A stretch of 64,000 nucleotides of DNA from Acidimicrobiia bacterium (GCA_022828135.1 JAJEJB010000015.1:81484-145483), one strand, 5' to 3'; positions 37,448 through 49,350 are shown, counted from the stretch's first letter. The notes: generated from the letters alone by a model not told the origin. Translations and numbers: made by a program.

Positions 37448-37528
37448 CGCACTCCGAGATGGCACGCTGCGAGGTTGCCGTCACCGGGTTCGTTGGATGA
37501 CCGGTCGCCGGCTGCTAGTAACTCCTTC

Positions 37529-39238
37529 GTGGCTGAGACGCGCGACGAGGCGGGGGGCGTGCACCGGCCGCTGGACTTCATCCGGGAGCAGGTGCGGGCC
37601 GACAACGCGGCCGGAACCTACGGAGGCCGGGTTCAGACCCGGTTCCCGCCCGAGCCCAACGGGTTCCTGCACATCGGCCACGCCAAGGCGGTGTGCCTCA
37701 ACTTCGAGGTGGCTGCCGAGAACGGCGGGGCGTGCCGGCTGCGCTTCGACGACACCAACCCCGAGGGCGAGGACGCGGCCTACGCGCGGGCCATAGCCGA
37801 CGACATCGCCTGGCTGGGCTTCGAGCCCGACGGACGAGCCGTCCACGCTTCCGACTATTTCGAGCGTCTCTACCAGTGGGCCGAGCATCTGGTGCAGCAG
37901 GGACTGGCCTACGTGGACGACCAGGACGCCGAGACCATCTCGGCCACCAGGGGCGACTTCAGCACTCCGGGGGTCGAGAGCCCCTGCCGGGACCGCTCAG
38001 TCGAGGAGAACCTGGGCCTGCTGCAGGACATGAGGGCGGGACGCTTCGCCAACGGTGAGAAGGTGCTGCGGGCCAAGATCGACATGGCCCACCCCAACAT
38101 GCTGATGCGGGACCCGGTCATGTACCGGATCCGCCACACCGCCCACTTCCGCACCGGCGACGCCTGGTGCATCTACCCCACCTACGACTGGGCCCACGGC
38201 CAGAGCGACGCCATCGAGGGCGTGACCCACTCGCTGTGCTCGCTGGAGTTCGACGCCCACCGGCAGCTCTACGACTGGTACCTGGAGCACCTGCCCCTTC
38301 CCGGCGACCGTCCCCGCCAGTACGAGTTCGCCCGCTTGAACCTGACCCACACCGTCATGTCGAAGCGGAAGCTGATCACGCTGGTCGCCGACGGCCTGGT
38401 GGACGGCTGGGACGACCCGCGGCTGCCCACGCTGCGGGGCCTGCGCCGGCGGGGCTACCCGCCGGAGGCGATCCGGGAGTTCTGCGCCCACATCGGCGTG
38501 GCCCGGGTCAACGGCGTGCATGAGATCGAGCTGCTGGAGTCGTTCGTGCGGACCCACCTCAACCGCACCGCCCAGCGACGCATGGCCGTGCTGCGACCCT
38601 TGGAGGTGTTCATCACCAACTGGCCGCGCTGGGACCGGCCGGTAGAGCACCGCAGCGCGGTCAACAACCCCGAGGACCCGCTGGCGGGCAACCGGCTGGT
38701 GCCGTTCACGGAGCGGCTGTGGATCGAGCGGGACGACTTCATGCTCGACCCGCCCCGCAAGTTCTACCGCCTGGCGCCGGGCCGCGAAGTGCGCCTGAGG
38801 GCCGGCTACTTCCTGCGCTGCAACGACGTCGAGACCAACTCCGATGGAGAGGTGGTGCGGCTGTGGTGCACCTACGACCCCGAGACCGGCGACGGCCAGG
38901 CCCCCGACGGGCGCAAGGTGCGGGCCACCATCCACTGGGTGGCGGCCGACCACGCCGTGGACGCCACCGTGGCGCTCTATGACCGGCTCTTCACGGACTC
39001 GGTTCCCGGCGCCGACGGCCGCGACCCGCTGGAGTCGTACAACCCCGCCTCACGGGAGCTGATCGGTGGCGCCAAGCTCGAGCCCGAGCTGAAGAAGACG
39101 GCGCCCGGCGAAGTGGTGCAGTTCGAGCGTCTCGGCTACTTCGCCCACGACCCCGACACGCCCCTGCTGTTCCACCGCACCGTCGGCCTCCGCGACGAGT
39201 GGGCCAACATCCAGAAGCGCCGCCAGCAAGGATCCTGA
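37529..39238 (+). CDS. glnS: Glutamine--tRNA ligase
   Basis: RFPPEPNGFLHIGHAKA (HIGH motif), VMSKRKL (KMSKS motif), and GlnRS-like layout throughout. The start is uncertain (GTG 37529 chosen, TTG 37475 in the ORF track). Confidence 0.85.
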   Translation: MAETRDEAGGVHRPLDFIREQVRADNAAGTYGGRVQTRFPPEPNGFLHIGHAKAVCLNFEVAAENGGACRLRFDDTNPEGEDAAYARAIADDIAWLGFEPDGRAVHASDYFERLYQWAEHLVQQGLAYVDDQDAETISATRGDFSTPGVESPCRDRSVEENLGLLQDMRAGRFANGEKVLRAKIDMAHPNMLMRDPVMYRIRHTAHFRTGDAWCIYPTYDWAHGQSDAIEGVTHSLCSLEFDAHRQLYDWYLEHLPLPGDRPRQYEFARLNLTHTVMSKRKLITLVADGLVDGWDDPRLPTLRGLRRRGYPPEAIREFCAHIGVARVNGVHEIELLESFVRTHLNRTAQRRMAVLRPLEVFITNWPRWDRPVEHRSAVNNPEDPLAGNRLVPFTERLWIERDDFMLDPPRKFYRLAPGREVRLRAGYFLRCNDVETNSDGEVVRLWCTYDPETGDGQAPDGRKVRATIHWVAADHAVDATVALYDRLFTDSVPGADGRDPLESYNPASRELIGGAKLEPELKKTAPGEVVQFERLGYFAHDPDTPLLFHRTVGLRDEWANIQKRRQQGS

Positions 39239-39243
39239 CCGCT

Positions 39244-40416
39244 GTGAGCCGCTGGATGCTGGAAGACGGTGTGCTCCACCTGAACCACGGGTCGTTCGGC
39301 GCCACGCCGACGGCGGTGCTGGAGGCCCAGCAGCGGCTGCGCAGCCGGATGGAGGCCAATCCCACCAGATACTTCCTGGGCGGCGAATACCAGCGCGAGC
39401 TGGACTCGGCCCGCCGGGCGGTGGCCGACTTCGTGGGCGGTGACGAGGCCGGGCTGGTGTTCGTCAACAACGCCACCTCGGGCGTCAACGCGGTGCTGCG
39501 GTCGCTGGAGCCGATCCTCGCACCCGGCGACGAGATCGTCGTCAGCGACCACGAGTACAACGCCTGCCGGAACGCAGCCGCAGTGTCAGCGTCGCGGTCT
39601 GGAGCGCGAGTGGTGGCCGCGCGAGTTCCATTCCCGCTGGAGTCGCCCCAGCAGGTCGTGGACGCGGTGCTGGCCGCCGTGACCGGGCGGACACGGGTCC
39701 TGCTGATCGACGCGGTGACGTCCGCCACAGGCCTCGTGATGCCGGTGGCCGATCTTGTCGCCCAACTGGAGCCCGACGTGCGGGTGCTGGTCGACGCGGC
39801 CCACGCGCCGGGGATGATCGACTTCGACGTCTCCGAACTGGGCGCTTCGTATGTGACCGCCAACTGCCACAAGTGGATGTGCTCGGCCAAGGGCGCCGGG
39901 TTCCTGTGGGTCCGACCCGACCGGCGCGACGACGTGTACCACTCCGTGATCAGCCACGGCTACAACGGCGGCTGGCCCTCCGGCGGCGGGCGCCTGCACG
40001 CCCAGTTCGACTGGACCGGGACCGACGATCCGAGCGCCTGGCTGACCGTGCCCGCCGCGCTGGAAGCGGTGGAGGCCATGCACCCCGAGGGTTGGCCCGG
40101 CGTCCACCGGTCGATCCGGGAGCTGTGCCTGGCCGGCCGGCGGGTGCTGCTCGACGCCCTGGAGATCGACCCGCCCGCGCCAGATGACATGATCGGCGCC
40201 ATCGCCTCCGTGCCGGTACCACCCGCCAACCACTCCGGCAGCGAGATCTTCGACCCGCTGATGGCCGCACTGGAGCAGCGCCACCGCATCCAGGCCCCAG
40301 TCTTCACCTGGCCGGCGCCGCCCGACCGCCTGCTGCGCATCTCCGCGCACCTCTACAACGACGAGTCCCAGTACCAGCGCCTGGCTGAAGCCGTCGCCAC
40401 CGAACTAGGCCGCTGA
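39244..40416 (+). CDS. Class V aminotransferase-fold PLP enzyme (cysteine desulfurase / isopenicillin-N-epimerase-like)
   Basis: LNHGSFGATP at the N-terminus and a HKW lysine motif (ANCHKWMCSAKG). The start is GTG 39244 or ATG 39256. Confidence 0.75.
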   Translation: MSRWMLEDGVLHLNHGSFGATPTAVLEAQQRLRSRMEANPTRYFLGGEYQRELDSARRAVADFVGGDEAGLVFVNNATSGVNAVLRSLEPILAPGDEIVVSDHEYNACRNAAAVSASRSGARVVAARVPFPLESPQQVVDAVLAAVTGRTRVLLIDAVTSATGLVMPVADLVAQLEPDVRVLVDAAHAPGMIDFDVSELGASYVTANCHKWMCSAKGAGFLWVRPDRRDDVYHSVISHGYNGGWPSGGGRLHAQFDWTGTDDPSAWLTVPAALEAVEAMHPEGWPGVHRSIRELCLAGRRVLLDALEIDPPAPDDMIGAIASVPVPPANHSGSEIFDPLMAALEQRHRIQAPVFTWPAPPDRLLRISAHLYNDESQYQRLAEAVATELGR

Positions 40417-40448
40417 CCCCCCGGGCCGGGTAGTCGGTCGCCGGGTCG

Positions 40449-41876
40449 CTACCAGTCGGCGGCTATGTACTGGGTCTCGCAGAACTCGTAGATGCCCTCG
40501 CTGGCGCCTTCGCGGCCCAGGCCGGACTGCTTCATGCCGCCGAAGGGGGCGGCCGGATCCGAGACCGCGCCCCGGTTGAGGCCGACCATGCCGGCCTCGA
40601 TGCGCTCGCTGACATTCAGGCCCCTGGCCAGGTCCTCGGTGTAGACGTAGCCGATGAGGCCCATCTCGGTGTCGTTGGCCGCCGCGATCATGGCGTCGGT
40701 GTCGGTGAAGCTGACAACCGGGGCGACCGGTCCGAAGATCTCCTCCCGGGTGATGGGGGCGGCCGGGTCCACCCCGCCGAGCACAGTGGGCTCGTAGAAG
40801 AAGCCGGGCCCGCCGATGGCGGAGCCGCCGGTGACCGCGCTGGCCCCGCCGTTGATGGCACCCTGCACGAGCCGGTCGATGTTGGTAACTGCTGCCGGGT
40901 TGATCATCGGGCCGCAGGTCACGTCGGGATCGAACCCGCTGCCCACCTTCATCGACCCCATGGCCGCGGCCAGCCGCTCCACGAACTCGTCGTGCGCCGG
41001 CTCCTCCACGAAGAACCGGTTGGCCGCCGTGCAGGTCTCGGCCGAGTGGCGCATCTTGGCCACCATCGCGCCGGTCACTGCCGCCTCCAGGTCGGCGTCG
41101 GCGAACACCACGAAGGGTGCGTTGCCGCCCAGCTCCATCACCGTCTTGAGGACTCGGTCGGCGCAGCGCCGCAGCAGCACCCGCCCCACCTCGGTGGAAC
41201 CAGTGAACGACACCATGCGCACGGCCCGATGGTCCACGGCGGCGTCGAACCAGGGACCCGACGCGGTGGTGGGCACCAGGTTGACCACGCCGGGCGGCAC
41301 CCCGGCCTCGGCCAGCAGCTCGCCGACCCTGAGCGCGGTGAGGGGCGCCTCCCGGGGCGGCTTGACCACCACGGTGTTGCCCGCGCCCAGCGCGGGGGCC
41401 AGCTTGCGGGTGATCATCGCCGCCGGGAAGTTCCACGGGGTGATCATCACCACCACCCCCACCGGCGGGTGGCGGGTGATGATGCGCTTGTCGCCGCCCG
41501 GAGCGGTGCCGATCGTGCCGTGGATGCGCACCGTCTCCTCGGCGTTCCAGCGGAAGAACTCGGCCGCGTAGGCGACCTCCCCCACCGCGTCGGCCCGGGG
41601 CTTGCCGTGCTCGAGGGTGATCAGGTCGGCCAGCTCGTCGGAGTGCTCCATGAGGATCCGGTGGCAGTCGCGCAGGATCTCCGAGCGGACCCGGGGCGCG
41701 GCCTCGGCCCAGGCGGGCTGAGCGGCCGCGGCCGCGTCGCAGGCGGCGGCGGCCTCGGCCGGGCCGCCCGCGGCCACCTCGGCGATGCCGTCCCCGGTGG
41801 CCGGGTCGAGCACCTCGATCCGTTCCGAGTCGGGTCCGTCGGTCCAGCGCCCGTCGATGAGCATCTGTGTCTGCAC
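40449..41876 (-). CDS. NAD(P)+-dependent succinate-semialdehyde dehydrogenase-like aldehyde dehydrogenase
   Basis: ALDH motifs (ITPWNFP, VMELGGNAPFVVF, EEIFGPV). The start is GTG 41876 or ATG 41864, 4 nt downstream of the preceding stop. Confidence 0.8.
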   Translation of the reverse strand: MQTQMLIDGRWTDGPDSERIEVLDPATGDGIAEVAAGGPAEAAAACDAAAAAQPAWAEAAPRVRSEILRDCHRILMEHSDELADLITLEHGKPRADAVGEVAYAAEFFRWNAEETVRIHGTIGTAPGGDKRIITRHPPVGVVVMITPWNFPAAMITRKLAPALGAGNTVVVKPPREAPLTALRVGELLAEAGVPPGVVNLVPTTASGPWFDAAVDHRAVRMVSFTGSTEVGRVLLRRCADRVLKTVMELGGNAPFVVFADADLEAAVTGAMVAKMRHSAETCTAANRFFVEEPAHDEFVERLAAAMGSMKVGSGFDPDVTCGPMINPAAVTNIDRLVQGAINGGASAVTGGSAIGGPGFFYEPTVLGGVDPAAPITREEIFGPVAPVVSFTDTDAMIAAANDTEMGLIGYVYTEDLARGLNVSERIEAGMVGLNRGAVSDPAAPFGGMKQSGLGREGASEGIYEFCETQYIAADW

Positions 41877-41880
41877 GGTG

Positions 41881-43407
41881 TCAGCCTCCGAGCTTGGGGA
41901 TGGGGTGGTCGCCGTGGGCGACGGCCACGTTCTTGGTCTCCATGTAGAAGTCGAAGCTCCAGTCGCCTCCGTCGCGACCGATGCCGCTGCGCTTGGTGCC
42001 TCCGAACGGTGTGGGCAGGTGGCGCACGTTCTGGGAGTTGACCCACACCATGCCCACATCGACGGCATCGGACACCCGGTGGGCCCGGCCCACGTCGCCG
42101 GTCCACACGTAGGCGGCCAGCCCGTAGTCGGTGTCGTTGGCGAGAGCCACCGCGTCAGCCTCGTCGTCGAAGGCGATGGCGGTGAGGGCGGGTCCGAAGA
42201 TCTCCTCGCGGGCGATGCGCATGTCGTTGGTGGCCCCGGTGAACAGTACGGGCGTCACGTAGTTCCCGTCGGGCGGCGCGCCCGGGAAGGGGGTGCCCTC
42301 CACCACAGTGGCGCCCTCGGCTGAGGCCAGCTCGATGTAGCCGCGCACCTTGTCGCAGTGGCGGGGGTGGATCAGCGGGCCGATCACGGTGCCGGGATCG
42401 AGCGGGTGTCCGACACAGATGTTGCGCAGCTTGGACGCGAGCCGCTCGGTGAAGTCGTCGTAGATGCTGCTCTGCACCAGCAGGCGGCTGGAGCTGGTGC
42501 AGCGCTCCCCGTTGAGGCTGTAGATCATGAACACTGCCGCGTCGATAGCCCGGTCGAGATCGGCGTCTTCGAACACGATCACCGGGTTCTTGCCGCCCAG
42601 CTCGAAGTGGAGCCGCTTGAGGGTGGCCGCCGACTGGGCCTGGATGGCCGACCCGGTGGCCGACTCGCCCACGAAGGCGACCGCCGCGATGTCGGGATGC
42701 TCGGTGAGGGCCCGCCCCGCGGTCTCGCCCATTCCGTGCACCACGTTGAGCACACCGGGGGGCAAGCCGGCGTCGAGCGCGATCTCGGCCAGCAGGCAGG
42801 CGGTGAGCGGGCTCCACTCCGCCGGCTTGTGGACGACGGTGCAGCCCGCGGCCAGCGCGGGGGCGATCTTCCAGGTGGACAGCATGAAAGGCGTGTTCCA
42901 CGGTGTGATGACACCGACGGGTCCGATGGCCCGCCGGCTGGTGTAGTTGAGGTGATCGGCCGACGGCAGGGCCAGCCCGTCCGACGCGGCCGGGGCCCGG
43001 TCGGCAAAGAACCGGAAGTTCTCCGCGCCCCGCAGCGCGGCCGACGACATGAAGCGGATGGCCTGCCCGGTGTCCACCGACTCCACCACCGCGATCTCGC
43101 CGGCCCGGGCCACGATGGCGTCGGCCACCGCGTGCAGGATGCGCTTGCGCTGCTCGCCCGGTGTGCGGGACCACTGGTCGAAACTCGCAGTCGCCGCGGT
43201 GGCGGCTGCCGCGATGTCGGCCGAGTCGCCCGCGGCGACATCACCCAGGTGCATCCCGTCGATGGGCGAGGCGTTGGCGAAGGTCTGGCCCGAGGTGCTG
43301 GCGGTGGGCTCGCCGTCGATCAAGTGCAGCGTGGGTTCGGCCGCGAAGCGCGCCAGATGCCGGCCAGCGGCGGCAAGGTTCTCCTCGAAGCTGGCTGCGG
43401 TGGCCAT
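41881..43407 (-). CDS. Aldehyde dehydrogenase, 5-carboxymethyl-2-hydroxymuconate-semialdehyde dehydrogenase-like (HpaE/HpcC type)
   Basis: ALDH motifs (ITPWNTPF, HFELGGKNPVIVF, EEIFGPA). The assignment to HpaE relies on context next to the CHM isomerase and hpaG/hpaH-like genes. Confidence 0.7.
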   Translation of the reverse strand: MATAASFEENLAAAGRHLARFAAEPTLHLIDGEPTASTSGQTFANASPIDGMHLGDVAAGDSADIAAAATAATASFDQWSRTPGEQRKRILHAVADAIVARAGEIAVVESVDTGQAIRFMSSAALRGAENFRFFADRAPAASDGLALPSADHLNYTSRRAIGPVGVITPWNTPFMLSTWKIAPALAAGCTVVHKPAEWSPLTACLLAEIALDAGLPPGVLNVVHGMGETAGRALTEHPDIAAVAFVGESATGSAIQAQSAATLKRLHFELGGKNPVIVFEDADLDRAIDAAVFMIYSLNGERCTSSSRLLVQSSIYDDFTERLASKLRNICVGHPLDPGTVIGPLIHPRHCDKVRGYIELASAEGATVVEGTPFPGAPPDGNYVTPVLFTGATNDMRIAREEIFGPALTAIAFDDEADAVALANDTDYGLAAYVWTGDVGRAHRVSDAVDVGMVWVNSQNVRHLPTPFGGTKRSGIGRDGGDWSFDFYMETKNVAVAHGDHPIPKLGG

Positions 43408-43437
43408 GGTCTCTCCTATCGCGGCCTCTGAGGGAGG

Positions 43438-43833
43438 CTAGGTGCGATCACCCCGGGCGAGATGGGTACGGATGTGGTTGCGGTTGATGCGCATGGTCGG
43501 GTCGATCAACTGGACTTCGGCACTGATCGCCACTGGATGGTCGGCCTGAAGAGGGGCCAGCACCTCGTCGACGGTGTCGATGAGGCGGCTGAGGAACCGT
43601 TGAATGGTCTCTGGTTCCCGGCCGGGTCCGATGCGGGCGGTCAGGTACACGAAGCCGTAAGCCGGGTCCCCGTCGGCGACGCGGTAGTGGTCACGGGGGG
43701 CGGCCCTGGTGCGCAGAGCGTCGAGGGCGGGGAGGCCGTCGTCGAGAGCCGCCTGATGGACCGCGTCCACCAGCGCATCCATGTCGGTCAGGTCGGCCAA
43801 ATTGGCAGAGTGTTCGATGATGATGTGAGGCAT
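43438..43833 (-). CDS. 5-carboxymethyl-2-hydroxymuconate delta-isomerase
   Basis: MPHIIIEHSANL at the N-terminus, with the size (131 aa) typical of the CHMI family. The ATG at 43833 was chosen. Confidence 0.8.
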   Translation of the reverse strand: MPHIIIEHSANLADLTDMDALVDAVHQAALDDGLPALDALRTRAAPRDHYRVADGDPAYGFVYLTARIGPGREPETIQRFLSRLIDTVDEVLAPLQADHPVAISAEVQLIDPTMRINRNHIRTHLARGDRT

Positions 43834-43897
43834 GGGCGGTCCCGTCCGCCACGATTGTACGGTTCCCACCCTCCCTGCCGATCCGATGAGGTTCTGC

Positions 43898-44767
43898 ATG
43901 CGCCTGCTCAGCTACAGCGTCCATGGAGCCTCGTCGTTCGGTGTGCTCACCCCCGACGGCACCGGCGTGATCGATCTCGCGGAGCGCATCGACGGGGTCG
44001 CAGATCTCGGCGATCTCATCGCGCAAGATCGCCTCAGCGAAGCGGCCGATTGGGTCGGCTCCGGCACCGCCGCCGACCACGATCTCGACAGGATCGACTT
44101 CGAGCGCCTGCTCCTCCGGCCCGGCAAGATCATCTGCATCGGCGTGAACTACGGCGGGCGGGGGGCGGAGTACGCCGAGGACCCCGGCGACGCCTACCCC
44201 AGCGTGTTCGTGCGCTTCCCCGAGACGCTGGTCGGCCACGAGCAGGCCCTGCTGCGGCCCCCCGAGTCCGAGCAACTCGACTACGAGGGCGAGATCGTGG
44301 TGATAATCGGCACCGGCGGGCGCCGGATCCCGGTGGAGGATGCCCGCAGCCACATCGCCGGGATGAGCCTCGGCAACGAGGGCACCATCCGCGACTGGGT
44401 GCGCCACGGACGCTTCAACGTCACCCAGGGCAAGAACTGGCATCGCAGCGGCTCGATCGGCCCGTGGCTGGTGACCCTCGACGAGATCGGAGACTTCGCC
44501 GGACTGCACCTCACCACCCGGGTCAACGGCGAGCTCCGCCAGGACGACCTCGCCGGCAACATGCGGTTCGGGATCGAGTACCAGATCCACTACCTGTCCA
44601 CCTTCATCGAACTCCACGCTGGTGACGTGATCTTCACCGGCACCCCCACCGGCGCCGGCGCCCGCTTCGACCCGCCCAGATGGCTGAAGCCCGGCGATGT
44701 CGTCGAGGTGACCGTCCCCGGGATCGGCACCCTCCGCAACGCGGTCCGCGACGAGAACGCCTCATAG
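43898..44767 (+). CDS. FAH-family protein (HpaG-like isomerase/decarboxylase)
   Basis: FAH motifs (KIICIGVNY, YEGEIVVIIG, GDVIFTGTPTGAG). The start is ATG 43898 or 43886. Confidence 0.75.
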   Translation: MRLLSYSVHGASSFGVLTPDGTGVIDLAERIDGVADLGDLIAQDRLSEAADWVGSGTAADHDLDRIDFERLLLRPGKIICIGVNYGGRGAEYAEDPGDAYPSVFVRFPETLVGHEQALLRPPESEQLDYEGEIVVIIGTGGRRIPVEDARSHIAGMSLGNEGTIRDWVRHGRFNVTQGKNWHRSGSIGPWLVTLDEIGDFAGLHLTTRVNGELRQDDLAGNMRFGIEYQIHYLSTFIELHAGDVIFTGTPTGAGARFDPPRWLKPGDVVEVTVPGIGTLRNAVRDENAS

Positions 44768-44817
44768 GTCGCCGCGGCCGTAGCCTCACGTCGGACAGAC
44801 CAATAGGAGGCGCGGTG

Positions 44818-45803
<986 letters not shown>

Positions 45804-45807
<4 letters not shown>

Positions 45808-46649
45808 GCGACCTCCCCTCGGGGGACGGGGCAAGCGCGGGACCCTCGCTCACCGAAGAGGAGATCCGGGCGGAGGCCGAACTGCTCGACACCGCCGAGC
45901 GCCAGCGCACGCAGATCCGCCAGACCACCAGCGTGTACCCGCGGATGACCTTCGAGGAGGCCTACCGGGTACAGGCCGCCTGGCTCGACATCCGCCAGGC
46001 CCGGGGCGAGCAGGTGATCGGCCACAAGATCGGCCTGACCAGCCGGGCCATGCAGCAGGCCATGAACATCGACACCCCCGATTCCGGCTTCCTGACCGAT
46101 GCCATGGCGTTCTCCCCCGGTGAGCCCATCGCGTCCGCCGACTTCTGCGACCTGTGCCTGGAGGTGGAACTGGCCTTCGTGCTGGCCGATGACCTGTCCG
46201 GCTCCGACCTCGGGATCGACGACGTGCTGGATGCCACTGACCACGTGACCGCCGCGGTGGAGTTGATCGCGGCCCGCAGCTTCCGCACCGACCCGGCCAC
46301 CGGTCGCACCCGCACCGTGATCGACACCATCGCCGACAATGCGGCCGACGCTGGGATCGTCACCGGTGGCCGGCCGATCGGACCCCGCGACGCCGATCTG
46401 CGCTGGGTGGGCGCGATCGCCTACCGCAACGGCGTCGCCGAAGAGACCGGACTGGCTGCGGGCGTGCTCGACCATCCCGCCAACGGCATCGTCTGGCTGG
46501 CCCGGCGCTACGCCGAGCAGGGGCTGTCGCTGCGAGCGGGGCAGGTGATCCTGTCAGGCTCGTTCACCCGCCCGATGCCGGTCGCGCCGGGCGACGAGTT
46601 CAGCTTCGACTTTGGCCCGCTGGGCTCTTTCAGCGTCCCGATCGTCTGA
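45804..46649 (+). CDS. 2-oxo-hept-3-ene-1,7-dioate hydratase / 2-keto-4-pentenoate hydratase family (HpaH/MhpD-like)
   Basis: Family motif GHKIGLTSRAMQ. The GTG at 45804 overlaps the upstream stop (GTGA). Confidence 0.75.
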
Positions 46650-46690
46650 TCGAACGCTCTGCCGGTTGCGGCGCAGCAAGCGCCTCGCCT

Positions 46691-47476
46691 CTAGCGGCGC
46701 TCGAACACGCTCTGGAGGCCTCCGATGACCGATCCCTCACCCTGGGAGCCGCCGGGCCTCAGATTGGCCACCACCCGGTCGGCGAGCCGGTTGAACGGCA
46801 TCGACTGGAGCCACACCCGGCCCACGCCGGTGAGGGTGGCCAGGAACAGGCCCTCGCCGCCGAACACCATCGACTTGAGGTTGCCGGCCCGCTCGATGGA
46901 GTACTGGATCGAAGGCTGGAAGGCGACGATGCAGCCCGTGTCGACCCGCAGCGTCTCGCCCTGGAGCTGCTTCTCGACGATGGTTCCGCCGGCGTGCATG
47001 AAGGCCAGGCCGTCACCAGAGATGGACTGCAGGATGAATCCCTCCCCTCCGAAGAGACCGGTGCCGAACTTGCGGTTGAAGACGATGTCGAGCTTGGTGC
47101 CCGACGCCGCGCACAGGAAAGCGTCTTTCTGGGCTATGAGCTGCCCGCCTGCTGCGGCCAAGTTGATGGGCAGGATCTTGCCGGGGTAGGGCGCGGCCAT
47201 GGCCACCCGCTGCTTGCCCTGGGGGGCGCTGTTCATGAAGTGGGTCATGAACAACCCCTCGCCGGTGATACCGCGCTTGGCCGCCGACTTGAGCTTGCCC
47301 CAGCCGCCCTGGTCGGGGTCGGAGCCGTCGCCCATCTTGGCCTCGAAGGTGATGCCCTGCTCCATGTACATCATGGCCCCGGCCTCGGCAACGACGATCT
47401 CGCCCGGGTCGAGTTCGACCTCCACGAACTGGAGGTCGTCGCCGTATATCTGGTAGTCGATTTCATGGCTCCGCAT
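46691..47476 (-). CDS. AIM24 / TIGR00266-family protein
   Basis: The N-terminus [36 protein letters not shown] is characteristic of this family. Confidence 0.75.
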   Translation of the reverse strand: MRSHEIDYQIYGDDLQFVEVELDPGEIVVAEAGAMMYMEQGITFEAKMGDGSDPDQGGWGKLKSAAKRGITGEGLFMTHFMNSAPQGKQRVAMAAPYPGKILPINLAAAGGQLIAQKDAFLCAASGTKLDIVFNRKFGTGLFGGEGFILQSISGDGLAFMHAGGTIVEKQLQGETLRVDTGCIVAFQPSIQYSIERAGNLKSMVFGGEGLFLATLTGVGRVWLQSMPFNRLADRVVANLRPGGSQGEGSVIGGLQSVFERR

Positions 47477-47590
47477 GGCTGCCTCCTGCATGTTTCGAGC
47501 CGGTCGCCGCGAGGCTAACGGTCACAAGGCAAGAGTCAGTTGATCCCCATTGGCGTTCGTGCCCATCGCTGATCGTGAGCTAGCGGCTGT

Positions 47591-48337
47591 TCAGGTCCAG
47601 GACCAGCCGTGAGTGCTCACCAGGGCGGCGGCTGTCACCAGGACTGCCATTTCGGCGATCTGCTCGGTGGCTCCGAGGACGTCACCGGTGATGCCTCCGA
47701 ACGCCCGCCGCGCGATGACGCCTATCAGCACTGCTCCCGACGCGGCCGCCGCGAGCGACACTGCGCCCGGCAGCCCGAGGCTGGCCGCTGCCGCCGAGGT
47801 GATGACGATTGCGGCCGCGGTCCAGGCCCGTGGCCGGTGGGCCGTGTAGCTGTGGCCCAGGCCGGTGCCGGCGGCTGCGGGGGCCGCGCCCATCACCGCC
47901 ACCGCCATCGTGCGGCCCAACATGTGGGCCACCACCAGCGCGATCAGCCCGTCGACGGCTGCCAGCGAAGACACCGCGAACACCCGCACCAGCGTCGACA
48001 GCACCAGCGCTAGCACCCCGAAGGCACCGACACGGGAGTCCTTCATGATCGCCAGGCGTCGTTCCCGGCTTGCCCCGCCGAGCGCGTCGGTGGTGTCGGC
48101 CAGACCGTCCTCGTGGAAGCAGCCGGTGGCGACGGCGCCGACCGCCACGGCCAGCACGGCCGCGAGCGAAGCGCCCAGTGGACCGTGAAGGGCCCAGTAG
48201 ACCGCGCCGGACAAGGCTCCGATCACCGCGCCCACGATGGGGAACCATGGGACGCTGCGGCCCAACTCCCGGTCGTCGCCCGGATGCGCGCCGCCGGGCA
48301 GGCGGGTGAGGAAGGCCCAGGCCCGCCGCAGGCTCAT
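47591..48337 (-). CDS. cobS: Adenosylcobinamide-GDP ribazoletransferase (cobalamin synthase)
   Basis: Multi-TM protein with a LTRLP...PWFPIVG start. The ATG overlaps the cobT stop (ATGA). The 381-aa ORF-track form is an over-extension. Confidence 0.8.
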   Translation of the reverse strand: MSLRRAWAFLTRLPGGAHPGDDRELGRSVPWFPIVGAVIGALSGAVYWALHGPLGASLAAVLAVAVGAVATGCFHEDGLADTTDALGGASRERRLAIMKDSRVGAFGVLALVLSTLVRVFAVSSLAAVDGLIALVVAHMLGRTMAVAVMGAAPAAAGTGLGHSYTAHRPRAWTAAAIVITSAAAASLGLPGAVSLAAAASGAVLIGVIARRAFGGITGDVLGATEQIAEMAVLVTAAALVSTHGWSWT

Positions 48338-49335
48338 CCCTGGAGGCCCCATTCCTCGAATGTGGCCACGTCGGTCACCGCGGCGGCGGCGATGCGGATG
48401 ATGGGCACTGCCACTAGCGCCCCGGATCCCTCGCCCAACCGCAGGTCGAGCCGCATCAGCGGGTCGAGCCCCAGCGTCTCCAGCGCCCGCTGGTGGCCGG
48501 GCTCGGCCGAGCAGTGACCGGCGAGGCAGTGGTCGAGGCTGCCGGGTCGTGCCACTGCCAGTGGAGCGACCGCGGCGGTGGCAATGAACCCGTCGAGCAC
48601 CACCGGCAGCCGCCGCCGGCGGGCCGCGGCTACCGCTCCCGCCATGGCAGCCAGCTCCCGGCCGCCCAGGAGCCTCAATGCCTCCAGCGGCTGGACCGTC
48701 CCCACCCGGTCCAGCGCGGCCTGGACGACGTCGCACTTGCGGGTCAGCGCCGCGCCGACCACGCCGGTTCCGGGACCGACCCAGTCGGCGGCCTCCCCGC
48801 CCAGTACGGCGGCCGCCACCGCAGCGGCCGCGGTGGTGTTGCCGATCCCGATCTCGCCCACCACCAGCAGATCGGCGTCGGCCCTCTCGACGGCAGCCGC
48901 GCCTGCTGTCACGGCCGCATCGAACTCGTCGCGGCTCATGGCGTCGGTGACGCGGACGTTGCCGGTGGGGTTACCCACCCCCACGTCGACGAGTTCCAGG
49001 GTCGCGCTGGCCTGGCGAGCGAGCACGGCGATCGTGGCCACGCCGCTGCGGATGGCGTCGGCCATGGCCGCGGTCACCTCCGCGGGGTAAGCGCTCACCC
49101 CATCGGTGGCCACGCCGTGGTCGGCCGCGAATACCACCACATGGGGTCGCTCCACCCGCGGCGTCGCAGTGCCCTGCCATCCGGCCAGCCAAGCGGCGAC
49201 CGCGTCGAGACGGGCGAAGGCGCCGGCCGGACGAAGCACGGTGGCAGCCCGGGCCGCCACCTGGTCCCGCGCCGAGCGGTCCGGGCCGGGAAGGTCCGCG
49301 AGCAGCCCGGCAAGAACGCCGGATTCCGCCGTCAC
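48334..49335 (-). CDS. cobT: Nicotinate-nucleotide--dimethylbenzimidazole phosphoribosyltransferase
   Basis: CobT motifs (FAADHGV, GEIGIGNTTAAAA, LRLGEGSGA). Confidence 0.9.
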   Translation of the reverse strand: MTAESGVLAGLLADLPGPDRSARDQVAARAATVLRPAGAFARLDAVAAWLAGWQGTATPRVERPHVVVFAADHGVATDGVSAYPAEVTAAMADAIRSGVATIAVLARQASATLELVDVGVGNPTGNVRVTDAMSRDEFDAAVTAGAAAVERADADLLVVGEIGIGNTTAAAAVAAAVLGGEAADWVGPGTGVVGAALTRKCDVVQAALDRVGTVQPLEALRLLGGRELAAMAGAVAAARRRRLPVVLDGFIATAAVAPLAVARPGSLDHCLAGHCSAEPGHQRALETLGLDPLMRLDLRLGEGSGALVAVPIIRIAAAAVTDVATFEEWGLQG

Positions 49336-49350
49336 AGACGTGTCCGCGCC

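Noticed and set aside
37529-39238. A dedicated GlnRS in an actinobacterium-like genome, where many lineages use the GatCAB transamidation route instead.
   Set aside because: The taxonomy of the window is inferred, not known, and GlnRS occurs sporadically in high-GC Gram-positive lineages. No sequence anomaly is visible, so this is not a finding without whole-genome context.
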